In this document: positions 1 to 10,724 of the stretch, piece by piece
Layout of the letters: each line of letters starts with the position of its first letter
Numbering within the stretch: position 1 is the stretch's first letter
Source of the DNA: Candidatus Zhuqueibacterota bacterium
GTDB lineage: Bacteria; Zhuqueibacterota; Zhuqueibacteria; Thermofontimicrobiales; Thermofontimicrobiaceae
Length of the DNA stretch: 64,000 nucleotides
Direction of reading: 5' to 3'
Assembly: GCA_049322915.1 (NCBI GenBank)
Contig: JBMOPW010000014.1
Span: forward strand, 128,001-192,000
The notes under the pieces: model-generated
Told to the model about the DNA's origin: nothing
The model's input: only the letters and a program-made list of their open reading frames with translations
Databases searched by the model: none
Program-made: the position numbers and the translations under genes

Positions 1-2
1 GT

Positions 3-419
3 TGCCTGCTGGTCAGGCGGGATGTCATTGAAAAGATTGGGCTGCTGGATCCTGATTATTTCATGTATTACGAGGATGTGGATTTTTGTGTCCGGGCGAA
101 GAAGGCCGGCTTTAAAATTTGCTTCACCCCGAAGTCGGTGATCTGGCATAAAGTAAGTAAAAGCTCAGATAAAAGCGAACGAGATTTTTATAGAATTCGA
201 AATGCGATCATCATCTTGAGGAAGCAGTTTGGTTTCTCAAAGCTAAAAATTGTAATGGTTGTTGCCATCATTTCAATGGAACGTCTGCTCAGAATGCTCG
301 CTCGAAAATTTATCTTATTCGATAAAGATAGTATCACAAAAAGAGCCGTACAGCTTTTTAGCGGGACTTTAAATGGCCTTAGATTTATCTCAACGCTTCA
401 GACGAGATTCGAAAAATGA
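3..419 (+). CDS. Glycosyltransferase family 2, C-terminal part (5'-truncated by window edge)
   Basis: The frame is open from base 3: CLLVRRDVIEKIGLLDPDYFMYYEDVDFCVRAKKAG...VIWH, a typical GT2 (WbbL-like) F-x-Y-x-ED-x-D motif. Confidence 0.85.
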   Translation, partial: CLLVRRDVIEKIGLLDPDYFMYYEDVDFCVRAKKAGFKICFTPKSVIWHKVSKSSDKSERDFYRIRNAIIILRKQFGFSKLKIVMVVAIISMERLLRMLARKFILFDKDSITKRAVQLFSGTLNGLRFISTLQTRFEK

Positions 420-486
420 CGTCGCGTCAGTTCGACTTTTAATTTGGATTCATCACTCACGAAATCGATGAATTTCACAAAAGGTA

Positions 487-1632
487 ATGTTGATGAAGAT
501 TTGCTTCGACGCCAGAGTTATCATCAATGAAAAAACTGGTATTGGAAATTATTCTTTGAATCTATTGAGGTCGCTGCTTGAGTTGGATCAACAGAATCTC
601 TATACAGTCCTTGTAAATAGCCGGCTCGATGACGATCATGAAATCTATACACTGAACTACCCCAATCTGGTCAGAGAGAAGGTGAATATTCCGCCAGTCT
701 CTATTCATCAGCAATACTTGATACCGTTCTTGCTCAGGAAAATTAAACCGGATATCTATCATTATCCAAATTGGGATGTTCCGATATTTCATCGATATAA
801 GACAATTGTCACAATCCATGACTTGACCTATGTGTTGCACAGGAACCTGTACAAACGGTTTTATCATGCAAAGAAACTATATACCAGACTTAATATTTAC
901 TGGGGACTGAAACAGGCTGAAAAAGTCATTGTCGTTTCAAAAAGCACGAAGGAAGATCTGGTCAAATATTTTCAGACACCTGAGCATAAAATTGAAGTCA
1001 TCTACGAAGCGATGAATCATCATTTCCTGAAAAATGGAAGTGCAAAAAATGAAATACGTGTCGATAGTCAAGACCTTTTTCAAAATAATAATTATTTTCT
1101 GTATGTTGGCGAAAGAAGGCCGCATAAAAATCTGGTTCGAATGATTGAAGCGTTCGCGCTGTTCAAGGAGCAGTCTCCGGGCAACTTCAAATTTTTAATT
1201 GGAGGCAAAGATTACAATCATTATGACGAACCGGAAAAAAAGGTGAACGAATTGGGGCTGTCCGGCGACGTTAATTTCATCGGCTACATCCCGGACGAGA
1301 AGTTGAAGCCCCTCTATTCGAAAGCGACCTGCTTCATGTTCGCGTCGATTTATGAAGGATTTGGCATTCCAATTCTGGAGGCGATGTCGTGCGGGACGCC
1401 GGTTATAACCTCCAATATTTCGTCCATGCCGGAGATCGCTGATAATGCGGCGATCAAAGTGAATCCGTATGATGTCGATGAAATCGCGAATGCCATGCTT
1501 GCCGTTGTCCGGGATGAAAACATAAGATCTGATTATGTCGAACGGGGAAAGGCCCGGGCAAGGGAATTCAGTTGGGAAAAAGCTGCAAAACAGACATTAG
1601 CGTTGTACGAAAAAATGAGAGTGGCTGATTAG
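487..1632 (+). CDS. Glycosyltransferase family 4 (GT-B)
   Basis: TIHDL, RPHKN, SIYEGFGIPILEAMSCGTPV (EX7E motif) and FSWEKAA. Confidence 0.92.
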   Translation: MLMKICFDARVIINEKTGIGNYSLNLLRSLLELDQQNLYTVLVNSRLDDDHEIYTLNYPNLVREKVNIPPVSIHQQYLIPFLLRKIKPDIYHYPNWDVPIFHRYKTIVTIHDLTYVLHRNLYKRFYHAKKLYTRLNIYWGLKQAEKVIVVSKSTKEDLVKYFQTPEHKIEVIYEAMNHHFLKNGSAKNEIRVDSQDLFQNNNYFLYVGERRPHKNLVRMIEAFALFKEQSPGNFKFLIGGKDYNHYDEPEKKVNELGLSGDVNFIGYIPDEKLKPLYSKATCFMFASIYEGFGIPILEAMSCGTPVITSNISSMPEIADNAAIKVNPYDVDEIANAMLAVVRDENIRSDYVERGKARAREFSWEKAAKQTLALYEKMRVAD

Positions 1633-1660
1633 CAAGTCGAAAGCCAGAGTTTAGTGGACA

Positions 1661-2818
1661 ATGAGAAAAATTAGAATTCTCCATATTCAGGTTCTGCCAA
1701 TTCTTAGCGGCGTTCAAAAGGCAATGTACGATATTTTGATTCGGTTGGACAGATCGAAATATGATATTACGGTGCTATGCCAATCCGAAGGCGAATTGAC
1801 TGAAGCCTTGAAACGTCAGCAAATTCGTTGCATCATTTTAAATGAATTGAAACGAGAGATCAATCCCTATTTTGATTTTGTGGCGTGTCTCAAGCTTTAC
1901 CGAATATTACGAAATGAAAAAATAGACATAATTCATACCCATTCTTCCAAGCCTGGTTTTGTTGGGCGTCTGGCTGCGAAAGCTGCCGGAATCAAATGTA
2001 TTGTTCATACGGTTCAGGGCTTTGCCTTTCATGAGCAATCTTCAAAGCTGTCGGTGCTGCTGTTCGGGATGATGGAGCGAATTGCCGGTTTGGCGTCAGA
2101 TCGGGTTATCATTGTCAATGACAAGGATCGCTTCGTTGCCGATCAGATGCGATTGGTTCCATCGAAAAAGATAACGACTATTTATAATGGAATTGATGTT
2201 GAATCCCTGAATTCAAAAGTCAGGAATGTCAGTCTCGATGAACTCATTGGCATCAAAAAAAATGGTGCGCTGGTTGGTATGGTCGCCCGTTTGTGGAAAC
2301 AGAAATCGCCACAGGATTTTATTCGTTCCATCCCGATTGTCGTGCGGGAAATACCGTCCGCAAGATTTCTTGTCATTGGTGATGGCCCGCTTCAGCCAGA
2401 GTTAGCCGAATTGAGTCGCGAATTAGGCGTTCAAGATAACGTCAGCTTTTTGGGCTGGCGAACGGATGTCCAGGATATTGTAAAGCAACTCGATGTCATG
2501 GTTTTGACGTCCCTGTGGGAAGGGCTGCCATTGACTCTCCTAGAGGGAATGGCGTTGTCAAAGCCGATTGTGGCAACAAATATCAAAGGCAACAACGAGT
2601 TAGTTGTCCATGAAATTACAGGCTTTTTAGCGTCACCGCGAGACTATCAGAAAATTGGTGAGTATACGTTAACACTATTAAAAAACAAACCGCTTGCAAG
2701 AAGCATGGGAGAACGAGCTTTTATTCGGGTGAAAGAAAAATTCGATATTCGAAATATTGTCGAGCAAATTAACTCGGAGTATCTGAAGCTATTAAAAAGC
2801 AAAGAAAAAGAGCTGTAG
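1661..2818 (+). CDS. Glycosyltransferase family 4 (GT-B)
   Basis: IIHTHSSKPG, VARLWKQK and SLWEGLPLTLLEGMA (EX7E motif). Confidence 0.92.
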   Translation: MRKIRILHIQVLPILSGVQKAMYDILIRLDRSKYDITVLCQSEGELTEALKRQQIRCIILNELKREINPYFDFVACLKLYRILRNEKIDIIHTHSSKPGFVGRLAAKAAGIKCIVHTVQGFAFHEQSSKLSVLLFGMMERIAGLASDRVIIVNDKDRFVADQMRLVPSKKITTIYNGIDVESLNSKVRNVSLDELIGIKKNGALVGMVARLWKQKSPQDFIRSIPIVVREIPSARFLVIGDGPLQPELAELSRELGVQDNVSFLGWRTDVQDIVKQLDVMVLTSLWEGLPLTLLEGMALSKPIVATNIKGNNELVVHEITGFLASPRDYQKIGEYTLTLLKNKPLARSMGERAFIRVKEKFDIRNIVEQINSEYLKLLKSKEKEL

Positions 2819-2855
2819 TCGAATAAAAAATATATTTAGTTAAGAGAGGCAGATT

Positions 2856-3914
2856 ATGATTTTGCTCCTTGGCACGTTGCTGCTTGCCTTTTCTGTTTCC
2901 ATTGGTTTTACACCGATGGTGCGTAAACTGGCTTTCAAAGTGAATGCGTGCGCAGTCCCAAATCATCGAACCATTCACGAGAGCGTCATGCCTAAGCTGG
3001 GAGGGGTTGCAATTTTCATGGCATTTTTGATCGGGCTGAGTATGGTCTTTCTTTTCACCGATCAATCATTCCAACCATTGAAGCGGGAAGCGTTGGTCTT
3101 TTTAGCCGCTTCCGTACTGATTTTGCTATTGGGCATTTACGATGACATCAAAGGCGCCAATGCCTATGAAAAATTTTCCATCCAATTGCTGGCGTCCATC
3201 ATTGTCATTGCCTTTGGCTACAAAGTGGAATCCGTGGTGAATCCATTTGGCGCCCCGATTTCGCTGGGAATTTTCAGCGTTCCATTCACCATCCTCTGGA
3301 TTGTTGGCATCAGCAACGCCGTCAATCTGATCGATGGCCTGGACGGTCTGGCCGCCGGCATCGGCCTGGGCGCGTCGCTCATCATGCTGGGAATTTCCCT
3401 GTATTTCGGCAACATCATGTCCGCATTTCCGGCCGCAATCCTGGCGGGCAGCATTGCCGGCTTTCTGATTTTCAATTACAATCCGGCGAAAATATTTTTA
3501 GGCGATTCAGGTAGTCTGCTCATCGGATTCCTGCTGGCGTGCTTCTCCATCAATGGGACATTTCGCAGCGATTCGGCGGTGGCTATTTATATCCCCATGG
3601 TTGTGCTGGGCATCCCCATTGTCGATACGCTTTTGGCGATGTTGCGCCGGCTGCGCAAAGGCATTCACCTGTTTCAGGCGGACCGGGAGCACATCCATCA
3701 TCGCCTGCTGCAAATGGGCCTGAGCCACCGGCAGGCCGTTCTGGCGCTGCACAGCGTGAGCCTGTTCTGGGGCCTGGTTGGTTTTGGCATGATGCTGTTC
3801 GATTATCACTACAGCATTTTTCTCCTCACCATTGTGCTGCTGTCGATTATTTTCGGCCTGAAGAAACTGGGCTTTGGAAAATATTTCGTGATGAAGACCT
3901 TGCGGCGCTCATAG
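2856..3914 (+). CDS. Undecaprenyl-phosphate HexNAc-1-phosphate transferase (WecA/TagO, MraY family)
   Basis: Polytopic membrane protein with PKLGG, GIYDD, NAVNLIDGLDGLA, IFLGDSGS and DREHIHHRL. Confidence 0.9.
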   Translation: MILLLGTLLLAFSVSIGFTPMVRKLAFKVNACAVPNHRTIHESVMPKLGGVAIFMAFLIGLSMVFLFTDQSFQPLKREALVFLAASVLILLLGIYDDIKGANAYEKFSIQLLASIIVIAFGYKVESVVNPFGAPISLGIFSVPFTILWIVGISNAVNLIDGLDGLAAGIGLGASLIMLGISLYFGNIMSAFPAAILAGSIAGFLIFNYNPAKIFLGDSGSLLIGFLLACFSINGTFRSDSAVAIYIPMVVLGIPIVDTLLAMLRRLRKGIHLFQADREHIHHRLLQMGLSHRQAVLALHSVSLFWGLVGFGMMLFDYHYSIFLLTIVLLSIIFGLKKLGFGKYFVMKTLRRS

Positions 3915-4027
3915 TCCGCAATGGAAGCGCTCTGTCCTGCGGAGAATCAGCGCGTTGAGGCGAGCCGGATGGAGGGTGACAGATAGTGTGGCAATTCACT
4001 GAAAAAGTAAAAAGTGAGACAACGTGC

Positions 4028-4087
4028 ATAGCCCCGACTTTTAAGTCGGGGAACAGAAATTCATCTCTGATTTTCGGGCTTCAGCCC
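4028..4087. repeat. REP-like paired hairpins
   Basis: ATAG-CCCCGACTT-TT-AAGTCGGGG (4028-4051) followed by GGGCT-TC-AGCCC (4076-4087). Confidence 0.55.
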
Positions 4088-4272
4088 ATTGTTAGCGCAG
4101 ACTCACTCTTAGCATGTGAAATTCAATTTTGTTTTACAACGAGATACATTTTTTCAGAATTGAAAAACTTCGACACAACTTATCTTTTGTGTCTTAGAAA
4201 CTTGTATGTTAAAAGTAATAATATGAATGACCAGTTAAAGTTTTGTCGCCTATATTTTTATTCGACATACGC

Positions 4273-4300
4273 GTAGTGAACGGTCGCGACCGTCCACTAC
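4273..4300. repeat. GTAG-type REP-like palindrome
   Basis: GTAGTGAACGGTCGCGACCGTCCACTAC is a 28-bp palindrome with one mismatched pair, bounded by GTAG/CTAC. Confidence 0.65.
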
Positions 4301-4504
4301 AGATACAAAAAATTATCGAATTTATTGTACATGGTTTCGACTGGTCATTCATATTAATAGTTAAAATCTTCGTGGCTGAATAGTCACAAATGGAGAAGTG
4401 ACGTTCGATGCGAACGCTGAACCGGGGGATTTATTCGGGATAGAATTGATGCGCGCCATGGGGCGCGAATTTTGGGCAGGGTAACTCTACATTTTATCAG
4501 TCAC

Positions 4505-7500
4505 ATGAAATCGAATCGATGCACCGGCGCGCCGGGATACCTTACACTTTTGTTGGCATTGTTATTCATTCCGCACCTGGCAACGGCCACGGCGGACTCC
4601 CCGGTTGTGGATATTCTCGAAAGCACACCGGCGCGGATTGTGTTTTCAGTCCGGCCGTTTCAGGTCACCTTTCAGCCGAAAACCGTGGACGGCGTTGTTT
4701 ATTCGCTGCCCTCGATTCCGGGCTATTCTCTTTCGCAGGCGCCCGGCAAACCACAACTTCCTCATTACGGACTGCTGGTCGGCATTCCTGAAAACGCCGC
4801 GCCCTCAATCGAACAGCTCTCGCTTCAAACATCGCAAATGCCCCGGCAGAAAATTTATCCCTCGCCGGCATTGGAGCTCACTGGCGATGCCGGTCAGGAA
4901 TATCTGACCGAAAAATTCACCATCGATGAAGGCCTGTATTCGACCAACAGCTATCACCCGCAACAAGCAGTCACCATTTCTTCCATCGGCTATGTGCGCG
5001 GACAGCGCATTGCCCGGATTGAATTCAATCCGCTTTCGTATAACCCGATCAGCGATGATGTGAGAAAAATTGAATCATTGATATTCGCTGTCAATTTCAA
5101 TGCGCCGAATGCAGATCAACGCGTAACCCCGGCGACGCGGGGGAAGAGCGATCCATTCGATGCCATATCCGGCAGGCTGCTGACAAATTATTCGATTGCC
5201 AGGAACTGGAAAATACCGGGGGCAACAATGGGGGCGCAATTCGCCGAAGCCAAAAACATGATGGACTGGCACGATCCGAATAACACCTATTTTCAACTGA
5301 CAGTGAGCCAATCCGGGATCTACAGATTGGATCAGGCGTACCTGGTCAATAATGGGATCAACGTCGGAGCAATCAATCCGCAGACGATGAAAATCTTCAA
5401 CAGAGGAATAGAAATTCCCCTTTTCGTGAAAGGTGAAGAAGACGGCCGATTCGATGCCGAAGATTATGCGGCGTTTTACGGGAAAAAGAACCCCGGGGAC
5501 AGCACGTACTACGACCTTTACAGCGACGATAATGTCTATTGGCTGACCTGGGACGATACGCCCGGGTCCCGAATGGAAGTGCGCGCCAGCCTTGCTGCAA
5601 GCCGGCACGCACCGCAGGTCTACATTGAAAAAGTCTATCTGGAACAAGAAAATGTTTTTCATGAAGGCGATAATAGCATTGCAACACTCACCACGGATCT
5701 GGTGGACGGAGAGGGCTGGGTCTGGTGCTTTCTGTACGGCGGTGATAATCAGATTGCCAATTTCCAGGTGAGCCAAATTGCCGATACCGCCATTGACTGC
5801 ACGATTAAAGTCAAGCTACATGGCACAACGCGCGACCCGGTTTTTCCCGATCATCACGTGCAGATTGTCCTGAACGACGCTGTTCTGGATGACGTGTATC
5901 TGGACAATACCGAAACATTGTTTTATGCCAAAACTTTTGACAGGAGCCTGTTGCGGGAAGGTGAAAATGAAATCGAAGTGAAATCCGTCGGCGATACCGG
6001 GGCTGAGCTGGACCAGATTTATCTGGATCGGATCGAGGTAGAATATCCGCGCCAGTTGATCGCTGAAAAGAATCAGATCAGATACACATTCGCGCCGTCC
6101 GCGCCGACTTCCGCCCGGTTCGAACTGTGGGATTTTGCAAGCCCGAATCTAAAAGTCTTCGATGTGAGACATCAGGAGATCATCCAGCCGGAGATCATTG
6201 CGCCCGGAAAAAAAATCACTCTGCGCGTGCGCTCCGCCGGATTCGATGACGGCAATTCCGTCGCCATGTACATCAACGGCAAGTGGGTTTTTGGTAACCT
6301 GTCCCGCGGACACAATCTCATGGTGCTCGATGAGCGAACCGGCCAGGTGTTGGACAGGCGTGGTTATGATACATTTGACACAGCAGACGCTGCAGATAGT
6401 CTGGCCGCTTATATTCAGCGCATTCCCCCCGGGAGGCTGGTGCTGGCGGGCATCAAGGACGAGGGTTCTGTTCTGATGAACGAGGCGGCGCATCAGGCGC
6501 TGGAGAGTCTCGGGAGCCAGTTCACCCGCAATGTGAAATTTCGTGATTCGTGGGCGCTGATTGGACGAAAGGGAGCAGCCGCTGGCAGCGTGCCGGAAAA
6601 ACTGACGCCCACTGGTACCGGCGCGGCTGACCTGGTGAGCGTTCAAATTCTCCCCGGCGACGGATCGGAATACTACGTGGCCTTCAATGATTCGCTGGTG
6701 AATGAAAGAACCTATCTGGTTGTCAGCGAAGATTCCATGAGACACCCGGATCGCATGAAAGTTGCCCGGCCGTTCAGCCTGAGGGAGACGGAGCCCGGCG
6801 CGGATTACATCATCATCACCCATGAAAATTTTCTGAGCGGCGCCCATGCGCTGGCGCAATACCGGAGCGAACACAACGACCTCCGAACGAAAGTGATCAT
6901 GATTGACGACGTATACGATGAATTCAATTACGGCATTGTCGATCCCCGGGCGGTCAAAGATTTTCTGTACTATGCCTATAGCCATTGGCGCGAGCCGGCG
7001 CCGACGTATCTGGTTCTGTTCGGTGATGCGAGTTATGATTTCAAAAAAAATTCCGGCGAAACGGCCAAGGAAAATTTCGTCCCATCCTATGGCAGCCCGG
7101 TCAGCGATAACTGGTACGTCTGCTTCGATGGCCCGGACGATTTCCTGCCGGAGATGATTGTCGGGAGGATCCCGGTGGAGACTGCGGATCAGGCGGACAT
7201 CATTCTGGATAAGATTATGATTTACGAAAGCGCGCCCTCTGCCGGATGGAAGAAAGACATGCTGTTCATCACCGGCGGGTTCAATCAGGGGGAGCAAGCG
7301 ACGTTCATGGCGCAGACAAATACGTTGATTGAAAAATACATCGCTGTCCCGCCTTCGCTGTGCCATCCGTTTCAAATCAATAAACTGACAACCGGTTATA
7401 TCGCCGGCGAGAAAAGTCAGGAGATCATTCACGCGTTCGAAACCGGGAAGCTGTGGATCAACTTTCTGGGCCATGCCGGGAGCAATACCTGGGATTTGAT

Positions 7501-10363
7501 GTTCAACCACGAAGACATCGATGAATTGACCAATGAGGATAAATTTCCCATAATCACCAGCATGACCTGTCACACCGGCCGGTTTGCCAACCCGGATATC
7601 ACCAGTTTTGGCGAGCATTTTATTTTCGCGGACGCCAAAGGCGCTGTTGCCTTCTGGGGAACGACCGGCTGGGGCTATGTCTTTCAGGACAATATTTTGC
7701 TGAATCACCTGTTCAAGACGACCATGCTCGATACCTGCCATTTTATCGGCGTGGGAATGACCTATGCCAAGTATAAAATGTGGGAAGACCTGGGGCCGAG
7801 CGTTTACAATAACAATATCATCCATCAGTACACGCTGTTGGGCGACCCGCTGCTGGATCTGGCCCTGCCGGAAAAACCGGATGTGACGGTTCAGGCCGAG
7901 GATGTCGTTTTTTCGACGCCGTCCCCATCGGAGTCGGATTCGTCCATGAATGTCGGCGTCACCGTTCAAAACTGGGGACTGGCTGTGCCGGACAGTTATT
8001 TCGTTGAGGTGTTTGATCACTTCGAAAACAACAGCTCCCTGCTGGTCCGAGCCGCGCTTCCGCCGGAAACAACGCTGACCAGTCGTGTGGATTTTGACTG
8101 GAGCCTGGCCGGAAAAGCCGGGCCGCATCGCCTTCAGGTGACGGTCGATCCAGAAAATATCATTGATGAAGCGTCCGAAGCGAATAATACCTTTGAGAAT
8201 TCAATTTATATCTATTCATCAAAAGTGACAGTCTCCCGGCCGTTTGAATATCAGTTGCTCAATGCGTCGTCGGTGACTTTTCAGGTGAACAATCCTTTCG
8301 GGAATGGGAGCGACACTCCGCGCGCGTATGAATTTGAAATCGACACCACGTTTCTCTTCCAGAGTCTGATGCTGCGTAACATCTCCTCCATTCCGGAAGC
8401 CGATCTGGTGACGAAATGGGACCTGGCGGATTTGTTGGACAATACCTCTTATTTCTGGCGCTGCCGGATCAAAGAGGATGTTACGGTGGGCGACTGGACA
8501 GAATCCTCATTTCGAACCCAATTCTCCAGTCAGGGCACTATCTGGCGCCAAACAGCGCCGGCTCAATTTTTGAAAAACCCGATGAATAATTTGGTCGTTG
8601 CGAAACAAGGCATCATGTTGAAACCGCAATCCTTTGCCATGTGGGTGGAATCTGCCGGGTTTTCGGATGGCAACAACGCCCGGATACTGGTAAATTCCGT
8701 CCCTGTTCTGGAAAATCACCGCGGCCACAATCTGGTCATTATCTCGTCGGCCACGGGCCAGGTGACGCAGTCCATCGCGTTCGATACATTCGAGTCCTCG
8801 GACGACGCCAATGCCATGGCTGAATTCATCGGCGCAGTGCCGCCAGGCTGGTACGTCCTGGGCGCGATTCAGGATGAGGGCAGTATGAACATGACAGAAG
8901 CCGCGTATCAGGCGCTGGAGAGTATCGGAAGCAGGTACTGCCGTGAAGTGGCTTTTCGGGATTCGTGGGCCATCGTCGGAAGAAAGGGCGCGCCCATTGG
9001 CAGCGTCGTGGAAAAGCGAATCCCGTCCGGCCAGGGTATGGCGATTGTTCAGGACACGCTGAAGAATTATAGCACCACCGGCTCCATCACGTCCGGCGCC
9101 ATCGGCCCATCAAACGGCTGGAATGCGGTGCTGTTGGACGTGGAAAAATCGGCTGCCAGTTCAAGTCTGTCTCTGGACGTGCTGGGATTCAATAAAAAGA
9201 CAGCAGTCTGGGACACGCTGCTCGCCGGGCAGTCGGACAATACTATCGACCTGAGTGCCATCGATGCGCGCGTTCATTCCGCTGTAAAATTGCGGGCGAG
9301 GCTTGCCGACGTCGACGGAGTGAATACGCCGGTCTTGAAAAAATGGTCTGTTTCGTACGATCCGGTGGCTGACCCGGCCATTGCGCCGGAGGTGATCTCC
9401 TTCAGCGCAGATTCGGTGCTGGTGGGTGAAGCGCTTCAGGTTTCCGTGGATGTGCATAACGTCGGGATGGCTGCATCGGATAGCGTGTTGTGCCGGCTGA
9501 GTTCGGTTCTGGTGAGCGGAACAGCGCCGGAAGCGCCGCAGGAAAAATATGCGTTGACTGTGCCTGTTGATAGCTTCCGCACCGTGGATTTTGTGTGGAA
9601 CGCCCCGTCTCATCCGGGACGATATGCGCTCAAGTTCGAAATTGATCCGGAGAACGTCGTCAATGAACTGTCTGAAATGAACAATTATTTCTCCCGCGAA
9701 ATTCAGGTGCTTCCGGATACGACCGATCCGCGTTTCACAATCACCTATGATGGCAAGCAGATACTGGACGGCGACTTCATCGCGTACCGGCCGACGATCG
9801 TCGTCAGCATATACGATAACAGCTCGTTGCAGTTCAAAGATGACACCACCCGCGTCCGGCTGGTGCTGGATAATGCGCCGGTTCCCTATGCCGGCGCGCA
9901 GAGCCGGCTCACGGTGCTGGCCGTTCCGAGCGACGGCGACTCGTCGCTGAAAACCCGGATTCGGTTCAATCCGGAATTGTCCGATGGCAGCCATGTGCTG
10001 GAGCTATTCATTCAGGACGCCAGCGATAATCTGATCTACGAGCACGATGAATTTCGCGTCGCCAATGAGCTGCGATTGGTGGATGTTCTGAACTTCCCGA
10101 ATCCATTTTCGGAACACACCGACTTCACATTCTTCCTGACGAAAAACGCGGAGCGGCTCTCCATTAAAATCTACACAATCGCCGGGCGACTGATTCGAAC
10201 GATGGAGGAATTTCATCTGGAACCGGGATTCTGCCAAATCCACTGGGATGGCCGGGATCAGGACGGGGATGAAATTGCCAATGGCGTTTATCTGTACAAA
10301 GTCATCGCCCGAAGCAGCAGCGAACAGGTGGAGACCCTGGGAAAGCTGGTCATGATGAAATGA
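4505..10363 (+). CDS. Large secreted C25 (gingipain/PorU-like) cysteine peptidase with propeptide, two ILEI-type domains, CARDB-like Ig domains and FlgD/T9SS-type C-terminal domain
   Basis: Signal peptide MKSNR...LATATA (ATG 4505; ORF open from 4472). Propeptide PGKPQLP. C25 motifs ADYIIITH, YDEFNYG, LFGDASYD, SDNWY, VGRIPV, catalytic FLGHAG and MTCHTG, YTLLGDP. C-terminal NFPNPF...WDGRDQDG...NGVYLYK. Confidence 0.88.
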   Translation: MKSNRCTGAPGYLTLLLALLFIPHLATATADSPVVDILESTPARIVFSVRPFQVTFQPKTVDGVVYSLPSIPGYSLSQAPGKPQLPHYGLLVGIPENAAPSIEQLSLQTSQMPRQKIYPSPALELTGDAGQEYLTEKFTIDEGLYSTNSYHPQQAVTISSIGYVRGQRIARIEFNPLSYNPISDDVRKIESLIFAVNFNAPNADQRVTPATRGKSDPFDAISGRLLTNYSIARNWKIPGATMGAQFAEAKNMMDWHDPNNTYFQLTVSQSGIYRLDQAYLVNNGINVGAINPQTMKIFNRGIEIPLFVKGEEDGRFDAEDYAAFYGKKNPGDSTYYDLYSDDNVYWLTWDDTPGSRMEVRASLAASRHAPQVYIEKVYLEQENVFHEGDNSIATLTTDLVDGEGWVWCFLYGGDNQIANFQVSQIADTAIDCTIKVKLHGTTRDPVFPDHHVQIVLNDAVLDDVYLDNTETLFYAKTFDRSLLREGENEIEVKSVGDTGAELDQIYLDRIEVEYPRQLIAEKNQIRYTFAPSAPTSARFELWDFASPNLKVFDVRHQEIIQPEIIAPGKKITLRVRSAGFDDGNSVAMYINGKWVFGNLSRGHNLMVLDERTGQVLDRRGYDTFDTADAADSLAAYIQRIPPGRLVLAGIKDEGSVLMNEAAHQALESLGSQFTRNVKFRDSWALIGRKGAAAGSVPEKLTPTGTGAADLVSVQILPGDGSEYYVAFNDSLVNERTYLVVSEDSMRHPDRMKVARPFSLRETEPGADYIIITHENFLSGAHALAQYRSEHNDLRTKVIMIDDVYDEFNYGIVDPRAVKDFLYYAYSHWREPAPTYLVLFGDASYDFKKNSGETAKENFVPSYGSPVSDNWYVCFDGPDDFLPEMIVGRIPVETADQADIILDKIMIYESAPSAGWKKDMLFITGGFNQGEQATFMAQTNTLIEKYIAVPPSLCHPFQINKLTTGYIAGEKSQEIIHAFETGKLWINFLGHAGSNTWDLMFNHEDIDELTNEDKFPIITSMTCHTGRFANPDITSFGEHFIFADAKGAVAFWGTTGWGYVFQDNILLNHLFKTTMLDTCHFIGVGMTYAKYKMWEDLGPSVYNNNIIHQYTLLGDPLLDLALPEKPDVTVQAEDVVFSTPSPSESDSSMNVGVTVQNWGLAVPDSYFVEVFDHFENNSSLLVRAALPPETTLTSRVDFDWSLAGKAGPHRLQVTVDPENIIDEASEANNTFENSIYIYSSKVTVSRPFEYQLLNASSVTFQVNNPFGNGSDTPRAYEFEIDTTFLFQSLMLRNISSIPEADLVTKWDLADLLDNTSYFWRCRIKEDVTVGDWTESSFRTQFSSQGTIWRQTAPAQFLKNPMNNLVVAKQGIMLKPQSFAMWVESAGFSDGNNARILVNSVPVLENHRGHNLVIISSATGQVTQSIAFDTFESSDDANAMAEFIGAVPPGWYVLGAIQDEGSMNMTEAAYQALESIGSRYCREVAFRDSWAIVGRKGAPIGSVVEKRIPSGQGMAIVQDTLKNYSTTGSITSGAIGPSNGWNAVLLDVEKSAASSSLSLDVLGFNKKTAVWDTLLAGQSDNTIDLSAIDARVHSAVKLRARLADVDGVNTPVLKKWSVSYDPVADPAIAPEVISFSADSVLVGEALQVSVDVHNVGMAASDSVLCRLSSVLVSGTAPEAPQEKYALTVPVDSFRTVDFVWNAPSHPGRYALKFEIDPENVVNELSEMNNYFSREIQVLPDTTDPRFTITYDGKQILDGDFIAYRPTIVVSIYDNSSLQFKDDTTRVRLVLDNAPVPYAGAQSRLTVLAVPSDGDSSLKTRIRFNPELSDGSHVLELFIQDASDNLIYEHDEFRVANELRLVDVLNFPNPFSEHTDFTFFLTKNAERLSIKIYTIAGRLIRTMEEFHLEPGFCQIHWDGRDQDGDEIANGVYLYKVIARSSSEQVETLGKLVMMK

Positions 10364-10695
10364 CAGGCGCGTCGGCGATTTATTGAAGCATGTCCCTTCC
10401 TGTTGGCAGTGATGACCTGCTGGATTCCCCCTGTGCAACTTGAGTGACTTCCGAATAAATTACCGGCATCGATCGTCATCCCGCTTTACGGAGACCTGCG
10501 CCTGTCGCTGCAGTTGGCAGTTCGTTCGGCTATCTCGCATCTTTTCCTGCAACGACTCCCGCCCGTTGTCCGCGCTCTGAGCATGTGAAAAAGGGATGAA
10601 GTGCATCGCTTCGGCGCGTTTCAATCCTTGGAAAAACCATCCGATCATGATGAAAAAACATCGTTGCTCAAAATCGAGGAATTCGTATTTAGTCA

Positions 10696-10724
10696 TTGAA
10701 TTTTACAAATCTGTTTTTTATATT
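10696..10724 (+). promoter_or_regulatory. sigma70-type promoter upstream of O-antigen ligase
   Basis: TTGAAT-N17-TATATT. Confidence 0.55.

Noticed and set aside
3986..4276. 96-aa ORF between the wecA-like and C25 genes
   Set aside because: It runs through REP-like palindromes and AT-rich intergenic DNA, with no recognisable motif.
6149..8128. 659-aa antisense ORF, and other long antisense ORFs such as 5075-5776, 9161-9994, 31736-32554, 33135-33974 and 36285-37058
   Set aside because: They lie entirely opposite well-supported genes and have no motifs. They are typical shadows of GC3-biased codon usage.
6492..8923. 17-bp direct repeat ATCAGGCGCTGGAGAGT (6492-6508 and 8907-8923) as a DGR template/variable repeat or att site
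   Set aside because: It is explained by the duplicated ILEI coding module, and there is no reverse transcriptase or integrase in the window.
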